A stretch of 64,000 bases of DNA from Spizellomyces punctatus DAOM BR117 (lineage: Eukaryota), in assembly GCA_000182565.2 (NCBI GenBank), contig KQ257454.1, one strand, 5' to 3'. Positions 37,505 through 50,831 of this stretch are shown piece by piece. The position numbers and the translations under genes are program-made. Under the pieces are notes generated by a model. It ran no database searches. It saw only the letters and a list, made by a program, of their open reading frames with translations, and had not been told where the DNA came from. Within the stretch, counting starts at the first letter, position 1; each line of letters starts with the position of its first letter.

Positions 37505-37951
37505 GGATTGAAATTGACCGTTACTCAACTTCGGCGCTAACTTTGTTGTGTTGCAGAGACCAAGTTTCTTGAGTGCCTTTGAATTTCATGATGCTTCAAT
37601 GTACAAAGATATGGTTCTATATATTTTTTTTGTTGTCGCTGTGTCGTACCGTATATATTGTACTGTATTGGCAAAAACCAATGTTTATAAAGCATTTCAA
37701 ATGTGGGTCCAATGTAACTACTGTATTGCGCCACTTCGAGAGGCGGTGCTGTTGATTAACGACAGCTCACCTTTCCTCTGAATTTTGTTCTCCATTGCAC
37801 ACATCCCAACGCGGACTCAACAGACAACTTCGCATCCCACTTGCCCACCGGTTTCGGTATTCGAGAGGACTATATAGCAGTCTTTCTGCTGAATGACGTC
37901 TTGCGATATCTTATATATTACTTTTCCTTGGAATTGCGGACATTACACAAA

Positions 37952-39098
37952 ATGTCGGAATCTCCCAAATCACCCCGAAAATCGCCGTCACTTTCACCTG
38001 CCGAAGAGACGGCGCTGTCAGCCCTTACTGATATAAGTACGCGGAATTCCAGCAGTCGAGAGGAGTCTTTGAAAGACAAAGAAAAGTCGAAGAACATTCG
38101 CTCAACGCTTCCTTTGGAACAGACAGCTAGTACAAAGACGCTATCAGATACGAATCAGAGACACGCAGCCGAAGCGATACAACCAGCAGATGGCCAGGCG
38201 ATTAACAGCCGATTTTCTTCTGCTCCACCATTTCCTCCAATGGTGCCCATCGGATTCCCGTATCCCTTTCCGTTTGTCAATGGGAACATGTACCCTGGTC
38301 CACCGGGGAAACCACCGTTTCCTCTTCCGATTCCACCAGGAAGCTTTCCTGCTGTAGCAGGGTACCCACTCCAACTTCCCTCATCTCACATAATGCACAC
38401 TTCAGCAATCAGATCTGCACAGCCGGCAGGCGACGATCGTGAAAAGACAAACTCCCCTAGCGCACATATCCCAACCTATATGAAGGAGGAAAATGAGGCA
38501 GACCCTGAACTGCCTGTACAGAACAAAAAAATTAAAGGAATGCAAACGGGGAGTGAGGAAAGTGGGGAAGACGATGGTGTCCAAGCCACCGAGGAAGAAC
38601 AGCAGCAGATCAACGCGGCGATTGCGGCTGCAGAAGCATTGGGCGTTGGAAAGCGCGATATGAAATACATGTGTCAAACATGTTCACGGGTCTTCACTCG
38701 GTTGTACAACTTGAAGTCTCATATCCGTTCTCATCAAGGACTGAGACCATTCAAATGCAAATTCTGCTCGGCCTCGTTCACGCGAAACCACGACCTGAAC
38801 AGGTTAGCTTGGCGCATGATAGGTGCGATGAGCGTGTGAGTGTAGGCCAAAAATAACTTTGACTTTCGTCTAGACATGAGCGGACCCATGCAGATGTGAA
38901 GCCTTTTACATGTCCTGTGTGCCTGAAGAAATTTTCGCGCAAGGTATTGTTCTTTCGCGTATACTCGCGGATGTTCGTTCCGTGCTTATAGTTTCCCGAC
39001 CGTCGTAGGATGCCTTGAAACGACATCAACGGCAAGATGCAGAAGGCAAACGAGGAATATGCGTACCTGTGGCCAAAACAGCAAATGCAGTCGCATAA
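37952..39098 (+). CDS. C2H2 zinc-finger transcription factor (3 fingers)
   Basis: YMCQTCSRVFTRLYNLKSHIRSH-QGLRP-FKCKFCSASFTRNHDLNRHERTH-ADVKP-FTCPVCLKKFSRKDALKRH. Confidence 0.9.
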
Positions 39099-39430
39099 TC
39101 TATATTTATTTCCGCCTACTCATTTAAGTTCTGCTTATGCATATACCCCTATCGTGCTCACTCCAACTTGTACAAAGCATTCTGATTGGTGGAGTACCTG
39201 GTTTCTTTTGTATTATAATTGATTGATACTTTTTGGATTCAGCCAATCTTTTGTTTCCATTGCTAAATTGCCTGTTGCATTCGTATACCCTTGACTTCGA
39301 TTTTCCCCTTTCTTTCGCCCCCAAACTCCGGAAATAATGTGTACTGCGACAGAGCCGGATGCTCTGGGACTTCCGTTCTATTTGCCCTACTTAAAGTGAC
39401 AAGTTATGGCTACAAACAAGATCTACATAA

Positions 39431-41676
39431 TTTACAGTTCAAAGCACGCAAAATCCGAAATCTGCCTTCCGACTGGCTCAAAAATGCCAACAATCTCGGT
39501 ATGTGTCGCCAACGCTGGCGAAGCTGCTACAGTTTTTTTCTTTACTTCACTTTCGAAGAGCTGTAAATGAAGTATGTGAGAACTACGCGACAGGAGAAGG
39601 AGTGCTAGATTTCAACGGCTTACCGTAGCGTATGAATGGTCCAGGAAATCCTCCAGATCATAAGATGGCTGTTTCGCAATGGGTTCTTCGAACACACGGA
39701 CCAATCCCGATATCGTGTGCAGATAATGACTCTTCAAAGTCTGCAATTCCCACAATGAACTCTCCAATGCCTTGCAAAGAGCCGGATTTGGTTCATCAAC
39801 GAGATAGGGATCTGCTCAATAGCGATGTAAGCCATGAGTTCCATAATAAACAGCTGTATTTGATTGCTAACCTTCGGCCTCTTTTCCAACTTGTTCTGGG
39901 GACTGTTCCCGGTGAATCAAACACAAGCAAGCAGGGTGTCTTTTGAGCAGATTGTACACAAAAGGAATAATGGTCACAATAGCTGCTGGTGGAGCATTTA
40001 GAGCCAGGCGTAACATCTTTTTAATGAAAGCTGCGACTAGATACGATGGCAGTTGACTGAAAAGAATCGAAACGATTAAGTACTGAACAAGCTCCTCTTA
40101 TGGGCGGGAATGATAAATACCTGGAGGAGAGGAATAGATCAACCAATCGGAGGAAACGTGAACGGTATTTGACATGAAGAAGGTTTTTGTCGAAAAGGGC
40201 GTAAAGCTTGGTATAGAAGTCGGGATAATCGCTGTACAGAGCTAATGATGAGTACCCCAATCGTGGAGACGTGGGTACCGCCGCACTTACAGATTGTGTT
40301 CCGTGACCAACGTAAAGAGTCCGTTGAGAGCAAGGATACTCACGGCTCCCCCTACCAACCAGGCTACAATTATCATTCTGTTCGGATATAAAACGTATCA
40401 GTAAAGTACAACTCACCATGGTCATATGAATCCACCAGAAAATCAATCAATAGCGTTGGCTTCGATAAGAATGGGATAATCTTCTTGTGCATCGCCAGTA
40501 AGACTCGCTTATGCATGTCGGCTGACATAGACTGTCTCAGAAATGCAAGCCAACATTCACTAAACACTCGTTTGTGCTCTTTGGCAGATGCAACGACTGG
40601 CTTCTTTTCACGGGATGAGTCGGACTCATATAGATATGTACCCAATTCGCTCTCCTCCACCGGGTCCCGTATCCGTGAAAGAATATTGAATCCAGTAGTT
40701 ATAACGGCGGGAAGTTTGTCTGTAGCAAACGAACGTTTTCGACGCTGATCACGAGGACGTTTGAGAGACTTCCTCGGTTCAACGAGCTGACAACGGATAG
40801 GTACCTTTGAAGTAGTCTTCATTTTACTGTCTATGCCATTTCGATTATCCAGCGTACTACCCAAAATCTTGCTAAAGCATTTGTCAATATCAGAGTGTTG
40901 GTGGAGATCCACGCCCGTTTTTGCGACCTTACCCAAAATCTTTATAGAAGTAGTATCGCACATCATCGTAGGTATTGATAGTCTCAGTTAAATTCTCCAA
41001 AAGATGCTCGCTCATGTTATCATTTGCGACGCATTTCTCGACAACTTGCTGATAGAGCGCGTTGTGAAACTCCTTTAACTGGTAACTCTCATCCTTGACA
41101 ACGCTCATCAGTGATTCAAGAGCCGCCACCTAAGCAAAGAATGCTGAGCAAAACAAGTCCACGATCATGTACGATATCAATTATTTACCTGCATCGCAGG
41201 CTCCGGATGTGACAGGTAGCTAAATGCTAACTGAACATAAACAGACCGATTCTCTCGTAGCCATTTCGCGACTGTTGTGCTGACATCATCCTGCTCTTCC
41301 ACATCCCTAGCAGCTCTCCTCTTTTTGAAATCTCCACGTTCCAGCAGTGTCGCATATACGTGTCCAATGGAAACAAACGAGGCGTACGCTATTTCCTCGG
41401 TCTCACTCTGCGAGCCTCCGGTAAGCGCCATGAAAGTGATTTCGTACACTTGTATGTCACAACGAACCTCACACAGCTCCAGGAGTGTCACGATATTATT
41501 GAGTTTTCCCTTGGTCTCCAGACATTCCTTGGCCAGCTCCCGCACTCCAGCAGCGTCAATTTCTGTCTGAAGTAGGGTTGTAGGAGTGTAAGTGATCTGC
41601 GTTTTTCTGTTTAGTATCTACAATATGCAGCAACTCAACATACTGCGCTTCCCTTCTTCCTTTTGGCGGCGACCAT
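39431..41676 (-). CDS. NOC4: Nucleolar complex protein 4 (CBF/Mak21 domain)
   Basis: YDDVRYY, FSECWLAFL, PTLLIDFLVDSYD, DYPDFYTKLYAL, HVKYRSRFLRLVDLFLSS. Confidence 0.9.
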
Positions 41677-41896
41677 GGTGTTCTAGAGGTGCGTATATAA
41701 ATTCTCAAACAACAATGGCCAAAAAGCAAGCAAGTGTTGATCGAGCTCTGCTTACCCTAGCAGGCAAAAATATTGGGCGAATGAAATGCGAGGTGACTAT
41801 GACTGTGCCTTATCTAACAGCATCCTTAGTTACCTTGGTGGATATTACTGAACTTGCAACTTGACCTTGTTTTAATAGGTCAAAGATTCCTTCAAC

Positions 41897-42640
41897 ATGC
41901 TTTTTATACGGAGATTACAGAGCTGCGTCCGGCAGCCAATACAAATTCCCTTACGTGTCCCGCGATTTGCGTCTGCCCAACTCTCTTCCACATCAGAGCC
42001 GATAGTACCAGGGCAATCATTTCTCGAGGCACTTGGTCCGGCTGCAACGACTACAGAGAACCAGGGAATTCCAACTCATACACCTTCACCCGATTTCTCC
42101 ACTGGCCATGCAGCTCGTATAGCATCTATTCTCGAAACTGAAACCCCCTCGTCCCCCCTCGTCGATCTTGTCAAGACAAAACCTGGAGTCCGGAACAGGA
42201 ACCTCACTCTCCCAGAAGCGTTCATTAACAACATTATGAAAGACGGAAAGAAAGCCCGTGCAAGAAGAACATTGCTGGACGCGTTGGAATTGGTACAACG
42301 AGAAACTGGTCAGGATCCCCAAAAGATCCTGGAAGACGCCGTGAACAAGGTCGCGCCGTTGATTAAAGTTGTTAGTACAAAGCGAGGGGCAAAGAATGTC
42401 ATGACACCAACACCGCTGAACGAACGGCAGAGGACGCGATTTGGGATCCTCTGGATCGTCGAAGCTGCTAGTGGAAAGAAATCGAGAGGGACTTTTGGCG
42501 AGAGGATTGGCAAAGAGCTCTTGGCTATCATGAACGACGATAGTGATGCATTGCAGAAGAGAATGAATGTGCATAAGCAGGCGCTAGCCAATAGGAGTAA
42601 TGTAGTGATGGCAGATAGACGGATGAGGAGGGCATTTTAG
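41897..42640 (+). CDS. RSM7: Mitochondrial ribosomal protein uS7m
   Basis: Presequence plus FINNIMKDGKKARA, PTPLNERQRTR..WI, KRMNVHKQALANR. Confidence 0.92.
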   Translation: MLFIRRLQSCVRQPIQIPLRVPRFASAQLSSTSEPIVPGQSFLEALGPAATTTENQGIPTHTPSPDFSTGHAARIASILETETPSSPLVDLVKTKPGVRNRNLTLPEAFINNIMKDGKKARARRTLLDALELVQRETGQDPQKILEDAVNKVAPLIKVVSTKRGAKNVMTPTPLNERQRTRFGILWIVEAASGKKSRGTFGERIGKELLAIMNDDSDALQKRMNVHKQALANRSNVVMADRRMRRAF

Positions 42641-42891
42641 AAGCCTTCCCTATTATGTCTGGTGCATTTGCCCTGGCTTCATACGTCGCTGTATGGTAGG
42701 GTTTTAACTCCATTTTATAATTATTGAGCATAACATTGAGCATATCTCCTTTGCAATGACAATAAATGAGGTTATGTAATTGTGGGGCTGATATTTTTCA
42801 CCAGACTGGCGGCAACGAACACCGGGATTGAGCCAACCTCAGCATGAATTCCGTCATGTACAGCAAATATATATGGCTAATTTATCGGTAT

Positions 42892-43881
42892 CTAGTGGTG
42901 GTCGTAGTCGACGGGCTTCAACCTCTTGGGCAACTGGAAGAGTAAGAGTGTCAGGAGGGATCTTCGGTACCACAAGAAGGTTGCCGACACTTACCAAAGA
43001 ACCATCATCATTTTCGGTGGTGAAGTCCCATTCATCTAAGTAGATATGCCGATCATCAGTTCCCTCTAACCATCAATTGAACAGACCGCTGAGAATACGC
43101 ACCAGGATAGTTGGCTGGGTCATCGATAGGGTTGTACACGGCAGGCCATTCCTCCTCCTCAACCGCTTCGTCTGCAGCATTTGCAACCGCATCCGTAGTT
43201 TTGACGTCAATCTCGGGCTTTGCCGGTGCCGCCGGGGGTGCGAAGGTGGTCGGCAAGTCAGCCGCGTCAGCCGCGGACTAGGTAAACCAAAAAGAATGGT
43301 GAAAGTGAGTCTCGACATTCATACTACGACCATTCGATTAAGAATATAAGAGCCAACACTGACCTCCTTCGGGGGCGTGTACTTGCGCAATTCTTGAAGG
43401 TAAAGGTCGGTGATAAGGTCGGCTAGTAAAAAACCAACACTTGTGAGGACATGTTTGCCGTGAAGTTGCCAGAACCGTGAAACCTACCTTTTACGGATGC
43501 AGTCTGAGTGAAGCTTCGAGTCACAGCCGGTGCAATCACTCGAGACACATTCAAAGGCTGAAGGGTAAGAAAACCGGCGATTAGCATCGTTGTAACTCTC
43601 GACTTCCGGAATCCTTGGTTACTCCCCTCCCAAGTTCTCCCTGTGGCCACAACAATAACAGCTCTCCTTTCTATAACCTATCGCCAGCGTTTTTTTTTGC
43701 CTGCCCATCAATAACAACTGGCCCTCAAAAAGGCCGAATCGCTCCAGCACAAGTTTCCCGAACGGTGCAAACATTCTCCGCCAAATCCAGCCACCTGCAA
43801 GCAGGCAATGCAGTTGATTTCCCGCCTCTTGACACATACCCTAACAAGACCAGCAGCGCGAACAAGGCGGAGCGAGAGCAT
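42892..43881 (-). CDS. ATP14: Mitochondrial ATP synthase subunit h
   Basis: MLSLRLVRAAGLVR|PLNVSRV..RSFTQTASVK|DLITDLYLQELRKYTP..FAPPAAPAKPE. Confidence 0.8.
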
Positions 43882-44351
43882 CGTGTACAGTGTTCGAAGA
43901 AAGCGTAGGAGGCCGGTGCTCAATTCGTTCTCGTTACGCGGCTACCCACTGTCCATCTCTTCTTACGGTCAATCCCGTCGTTGCTAAGTGAGGTGGCACA
44001 GTCATGCAAACGGCAACCAGGACAACGATCCGATGATATTTTTATAGTCCCCTTACACCGACTATAAACATGTTAGTGCTGGCCCAGCTCGATGTCGAAC
44101 GTACAAGGCCAGCTCCTGTCGACGTAAACGTTCCACCAACCGGTTGCTTTCGGGCTCTTGTATCTGGACAGTTCTGGCACCCCAGGGTGGTGCTGCCAGG
44201 TTGCAAAGTAAGAAGCAGATTTGCACCAAAAAACGCCAGTAGCAGGAACCTTGTTGGTCAGCCAATAGAGTCAGAGTATAAACAATAACGCGATATCCAT
44301 CCAAAATAAACAATAAACAAACGCATCCAAGGAACGTCGGGGTTGTACACA

Positions 44352-45910
44352 ATGACAACCCCCGCTTCTCCGCCTCCGACATCCTCGTCAGTCCATGCAG
44401 ATAGTGCACAGCGGGCTATCTCCTACCGTGAACGTATGGGGTCATCGCCTTTCGTGTTCTTTCCCGACTCATCTTTGCCAACTCACGACGAAGCCTTTCG
44501 AGAAGATCTCCTCGCCACCTCAGCGGCTGTCCCACTAGAGCGCTTGAAAGAGTATCTGCCTGGCGAAGTCGTCCCGACCATGGCGTTCGCAAAGTTAGAG
44601 GTACGTGCAAGACTCGAGAATTTCGCGTTGCTCGTGACGGCATTTAGAACGTGTTGGTCTCACTTGTCAATAGGGGCCGGACTTTGTATACCACATCAAA
44701 AAGTTGCAGGTGACTCTTGGGCGTAGAGGATCGTCAGCAGATCAGGTGGACATCGACCTCGGTACTTCCAACTCCATCTCGAGATTGCATGCGATGATTC
44801 AGTTCAACCGTTCTATTCAAAAGTTTGAACTAGCTGTATACGGAAAGAATGGAGTCTGGGTAAATGGTGAACATGTGCATCGCGGTATGGATCCCGTCCC
44901 TTTGGAGCATGGGTAGGTACCCGATACCTCATGTTGAGGCCGTTATGATGCTCACCCTAGTCTGATATCAATGGTAGCACACAGCTGCGAGTTAGTGACA
45001 TTGAAGCGTACTTTATTATACCTGGCCTCGACCCACCGAATCAAGCACCTCACGAGCTGAGAGAAGCCCGCCTGAAGCGGGCAGCCCCACCGAGTACTCT
45101 GCCAGAACCTCAAACACGTCTCACACACTCGATCAAAAAACCTCGATATGAACTTTCTTCATCTCGACCTACCTTCTCATCTTACTCAAGGCCGGAGCAG
45201 CATCTTGTCGGCGATAGCACATTAATACCGACTTGGCCTCCTAGCGCTAAGTATCGGGACATGAGACCACCATACTCATATATTGCATTGATCACCCAAG
45301 CCATCTATCAAGCCGACGAAGGCAAGATCACTTTAAACGGAATTTACAACTGGATCTCAAAAACGTATCCATGGTATAAATTAGACCAAACTGGCTGGCA
45401 GAATTCGGTACGACACAATCTGTCGTTGGGCAGATGGTTCATCAAACTCAAGCGCAATGAGCCAGGAAAGGGTGGCTGGTGGGCTCTTGATAAAGGTAGT
45501 GATGATCAGCCGCGTACAGAGATATAGTGTTTGGCTTCTTGGAAACTAAGCTTGTCCAATTGTCAGATGTCCCACCGCATGAGCTTGAAGAGATGTTGAC
45601 ACAGAGGCGTTTCGGGCGCGGGCAAGCTATTGTCGTAACTCCTTCAAGTAGGGAGCACACGTCCACGTCTCCTAACGAGGAGGTATCCCCGTTCCCGGCC
45701 GAATCGTTGCCAGTTTCACCTTTCAAATCTCGGCAAGAACCACCCCAACAAGTTGCACGGGCGGCAACTGGGGAGATGCCCACAGAAGTGACAGGCTCAG
45801 CGTCGCCGCCGCATAGTGCAGCATGGACGGACAGCAGCCGCCGAAGGTCGGAGAGACTGAAAGTCCCTCGGCCGTCCTTTTACGAATATGAGGGAGAAGA
45901 TGTTTTTTGA
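44352..45910 (+). CDS. FHA + forkhead transcription factor (Fkh1/2- or Fhl1-type)
   Basis: AFAKLE, VTLGR..IDLG..ISRLHA..GKNGVWVNG (FHA); RPPYSYIALITQAI..GWQNSVRHNLSL (forkhead). Confidence 0.9.
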
Positions 45911-46127
45911 CGGTGAAAAGTCATTTGGACACTTAGGTCAAGGACAATGGCAGGCCATGTAACTACGGTGTTCTGCGTTATTTCAAGCCTTCACACCATA
46001 GTTCAGTGGGACCTTAAACACTTCTCTTTGTAAATATTGATTGCTCCACCTTGCCAATTTTGCTTTGGTTTTTTGTGCTCATTGAGATATATTGTTTCTC
46101 ATTTATTTTTTTAATGAATTTTCAACA

Positions 46128-47686
46128 TTATCCTGTCTGGTAGATGGAAAGACTTCGATCATCTGATACCGTCGCAAGCTTTGTACCGTCTTCATTGTAT
46201 GCAACGCCCCAAACCTACGTAAAAGATCTTAGAATCCCTTGGTATTTTCTTTACTGTTTATCTAGACCTACCTGATCGTCATGATCGTCGAAAGTATGTA
46301 TACATTGTCTAGCGTTGACGTCCCATATTTTTGCCCGCTTGTCACTCGATCTGTGCAAACTTCCATTTAGACTAATTCAACCATGTAAGCATCCATGTGT
46401 AAATATTCTCACCCTGAGGCAAAATGGACAGTATCCGGGCTGAAAGATAGGGACAGCACCCACGACTGATGCCCCGCCAACGTGGACAGGCAATTGCCGT
46501 GATGACTAGAGTAGCAAGTACTGATCAACACGGGCTACTATGGGACGTCCACGAAATTACATACACGTCGTAGATATTAATTCGCTTGTCATCGGAACCC
46601 GTCAGAAGTAATGTAGAGTCGGGGGAAAATGTTAGCGTTCTGACCGGCATAGAATGTCCTAGAATGACAAGATATGACTATAAATCTTGGGATCACAAGT
46701 GAGCAGTTATCTCACAATGACCCACCCGGTAAGCTATGCAACAATCTTCCTGTTGGAACGTCAAAAACGTGCACCGGCCCCTCCTCTTCTCCGCACGCAA
46801 GGTACAGCCCGTTTGGACTGTACGCAACCGACATAACAAATTTTCCTCTTGTTTCAAGTGGCCGCTCCTTCTTCCTCTCTTCCACGGACCAGATGTTAAC
46901 ATTTCCATTATGGGATCCGGTTGCGACGTGACGTCCATCAGGGGAATATACGGCCGTCCATGCCTCGACTAGATCAAGAGAAATCGTCAAATGGACAATT
47001 GATGCAAGAAGATTCTCAGCCGCGCAACTTACCCGGTCCTGCTTCTATTGTCTTGTCATCGGTTTTGGTATGATGTATTAGGTCCCAAAATCGGATTTGA
47101 CTATCCAGAGAGGTCGAAGCAGCCGCTGGAAAGGATGCACCGCGTCAGATTGTTCCATGATCTTGTTTTCAACTACATGAGGGAAACGCACTTGACCCGT
47201 CCGGTGAAATGTCTATCGATATTACACCTAATTGGTGCCCTTCGAATGTATGTAGAGGTACGTATGTGTCACCAGCCCTATAACGGAGGGTTGAAGTTAA
47301 GTCGAGTGAACTTCAGACACTCTCCCCATGGCCATTTTTACGCGTGCATCCTCCATTTTGAATGCACGGTCTAACCACGCGGTACCTAGTGCAGCCAGTA
47401 GTACTGTATGATAAACGACGTTTGCTTACCAGACTTTAACTGTGTCATCCACTGACCCCGTCACGATCTTGTTACCGCGTTTGCTCCAACCAACCGACCA
47501 TATCCCGTCATCGTGAGCTGACAAGAAAACTCGTGTAAGAACCAATCTTCAGCTGAACGAAGAAGAAAGCTCGTACCATTCTTGATGTGCTTTATCTGGG
47601 AATACTACGAGCATGGGGTGTATGATGGGTTAATACAAGTGTCCATAACGCGCGGGCTATACAAGTATAAACGGCTCATGTACCAT
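46128..47686 (-). CDS. SKI8: WD40 protein Ski8/WDR61
   Basis: [62 protein letters not shown]; many short exons. Confidence 0.88.
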
Positions 47687-47856
47687 ATCGTCGCCCTGAC
47701 CGCGACGTGCTGGCCGATTAATAAGATCGCTGATGTTTTCCACAAATTCGGAGCGAAGAGTCTCAGCGAGCACATCCTGCAATCCTAGTCCCTAGTTGCC
47801 ACAGCAACATCGCTGACCGGAACGCGGGGTAAGGCGCGATCTTGACCTGCCCTCAA

Positions 47857-49349
47857 ATGGCATCTCAAAAGGAACTCTATTCCTACAATGCACCGTGGTC
47901 AGTATACGGTCTACACTGGTCACAAAGGCCGGGAACATTCAGATTGGGACTTGGAAGTTTTATTGAAGACCAGGGGAACAAGGTGGGGAGCGAAGCGATT
48001 CCTCCGATGGGGAGGTTCTCGATGCTCATGTTAACTGGTGGTTAGGTCCAAATCATCGAGCTATACGATCGGGATGCAGATTTCGTTCTGGTAGACGAGG
48101 TGGACCATCAATATCCCTGTACAAAGCTGCTATGGCAGCCCTATAAAGTATGTGCGTGAGCAAGGTTTCAAAGTGCCTGTACTCAGCCTCCATCGTTCAG
48201 GCCACCAATTCCCCAGACCTATTCGCCACTACTGGAGACTTCCTAAGAGTATGGGAAGTAAAAAACTCCAGCGATGGGTCATCTGATGACCGCGGTTCTT
48301 CGACAGTGGCCAACATGGGCGGTGGTGAGCGAACGAAGATAGTTCCGAGGGCAACTCTGAGAAACCAACGACGAACAGAACTGGTGAAAGCTGACAATCG
48401 TTATGGACCCCCGGTCTACCATATGTTGCTAATTGCACTTCGATATGTATAGGCGGGTCGAGATTCTTGTGCTCCGATCACATCAATGGACTGGAATGAG
48501 ACCGATCCAAACATTGTTATAACGAGCAGCATCGATACTACATGCACAGTTTGGGATTTGTCGGTACGCGTAGTGTCAGATGGAAGAACAGTGGGAAGAG
48601 CTTGTGGACGGCACCTAACGTCTGTTAGTTCTAGACTTTGCAAGCTAAGACGCAATTGATCGCTCACGACAAAGAAGTATATGATGTGGCCTTTTCTCGC
48701 GGAAACGACGTGTTTGCAAGCGTTGGTGCCGATGGATCTTTAAGAATGTTTGACCTTCGGTGGGTACAACTTGGCCGTATTCAAGAACGCAACTAACTCG
48801 TGGTATTTGATCAAAGTAATCTTGAACATTCAACGATTTTATATGAAGTTGGACCGGTGCCACGAGAGGCAGAGGTCCCAACAATGGTGGATCAGGCCTC
48901 TGATGGCCTTCCTCTCCTTCGTCTGTCCTGGAATAAGCAAGACCCAAACTATATCGCTACATTTCAAACCGGTTCTTCGGCAGTGCTGATTATGGATATC
49001 CGGGTTCCTGCTATTCCAGTCACAGAACTGCGAGGACATGGGTCGGCTGTGACAGCGATTGGCTGGGCACCTCATTCCAGTAGCCATATTTGCAGTTCCG
49101 GTAATTGCTCCATGTTGAGGCTTTCCGATGTCCATCCAAGCTTAACTTCTGTCGTGTCTTATGTGTGCAGGTGATGATGCGCAGGCGCTCGTCTGGGACA
49201 TTTCGCAAAACAATAAGGAGAAGCAGATCCAAGATCCGCTACTGGCGTACTCTGCTGAGGGGCCCATCAACCAATTGATGTGGTCAGCCAGTTCGCCAGA
49301 CTGGATAGCGATATCATTGGGGTCAACAGTGCAGGCACTGCGCGTATAA
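47857..49349 (+). CDS. DCAF7: DCAF7/WDR68 (AN11/TTG1 family) WD40 protein
   Basis: [70 protein letters not shown]. Confidence 0.93.
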
Positions 49350-49642
49350 GAAGTTTCTATATTATAATATATCGCATCGATCTACCGTAAAGATACGCAA
49401 AAGTATGCAATCGTGGTCTCCTCCATAGCTCAAATAGCACGCTTGCCAGTGTGGGGAACGCGACACCTTTTGCTGACGCGATCATGTCATTTTATCCAAT
49501 CATAACGCGTCTACTTTACCCAAATATGGTTATATGAGTAGTTATTTTTCCCGCAGTCGCTGCTGCCCTCAAAAGACCTGTAGAGGTCGGCCCCTTCTTG
49601 CTCCTTCCTTTTGCCTCGTCCTAGTTCAGACCATTAGCAAAG

Positions 49643-50498
49643 ATGACGGTAAGTAAGCTGCTCGCATCCATCCATCCATCATGCATTCTGTTGCTTCCAA
49701 TCTCGGGGAACCCCTCCTTACTTTCTGGGGCATTCATCGTTGTCGTATCGATGATGTGGACCATCCATCCCAACGTGGAAGGAAATTGGACATTGGAGGG
49801 ATGAGTCGATGAAATGCTATCAAAGACAGAATTACAGCGGGGAAAGATCCAGAGCTGAGAAGGCTGTGCCATGTCTGTAGCGGGCCGCAGCAAAACTAGA
49901 ATTTGTGTAGGGAGCAATGGATTGGAGGATATGTCAAATCTGGCTGGGGCTATCTGGGCTATCTGGTTGATGAAAGTTGACTCTCTTCTGCCGAGTGGAT
50001 GACCGGGCAAAAAGGACGAGTGATCCAGTCTTGCTCATCGGCACTAGGAGGAGCCTCTTTAATTGGAGGGTGGTGCCTACTATTTGCGACAACGAGATAT
50101 CCCCACGGCATGCATAGAGATCGTGTCTGCGGCCACTTGCAGAATCAAAAACCTAACCCCTTTCGTTCTCTTTCTTAGTTGGCGGTCGATCTCTTGAACC
50201 CTCTTCCTCAAACCGAGGCTCGTAAGCACAAGCTCAAGCGCCTTGTACAGAGCCCCAACTCTTACTTCATGGACGTAAAATGCCCGGGATGCTTCAACAT
50301 CACGACCGTCTTCAGCCACGCCCAAACCGTCGTTCTCTGCGGAAGCTGCGCAACTGTCCTATGCCAACCAACTGGTGGTAAGGCACGCCTCACTGGTAAG
50401 TGTCCTGGATAGCGATGTTTTCGGTGGTCTGCAATGGAATGACCAACTTACGCGATATCTTTGCAGAGGGCTGCTCCTTCCGTAAGAAGTCCGGTTAG
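49643..50498 (+). CDS. RPS27: 40S ribosomal protein eS27
   Basis: ATG ACG|gtaagt ~530-nt intron|[48 protein letters not shown]. Confidence 0.93.
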
Positions 50499-50831
50499 AT
50501 CCTGTACACATCTTTGTAGTGGTGGGACTGGGCATTCTCGAGCTGGATCATCGCTCATTCATTGGCTAGTGGCGAATAAAAGACGCTTCAATGCATACCG
50601 ATTCAATGTGGGTGCTCGCCAATTTTTTGGGGCACACGGTTGGGTGATTTGCTTGTGATGTAAATTTTCTGATGAAGGGCGACAACTGCATGTCGCGCCT
50701 GTACTTAATGGAGATAAATCTCAACTATTCAATATTTGCTGTGCTAGCAAAATGGCTCGATATTTAATTGCAAAGTACATATTCACGATAGGTATTTGTG
50801 GTATTTTAAATGGAATGTTTGGACGCCCCAC

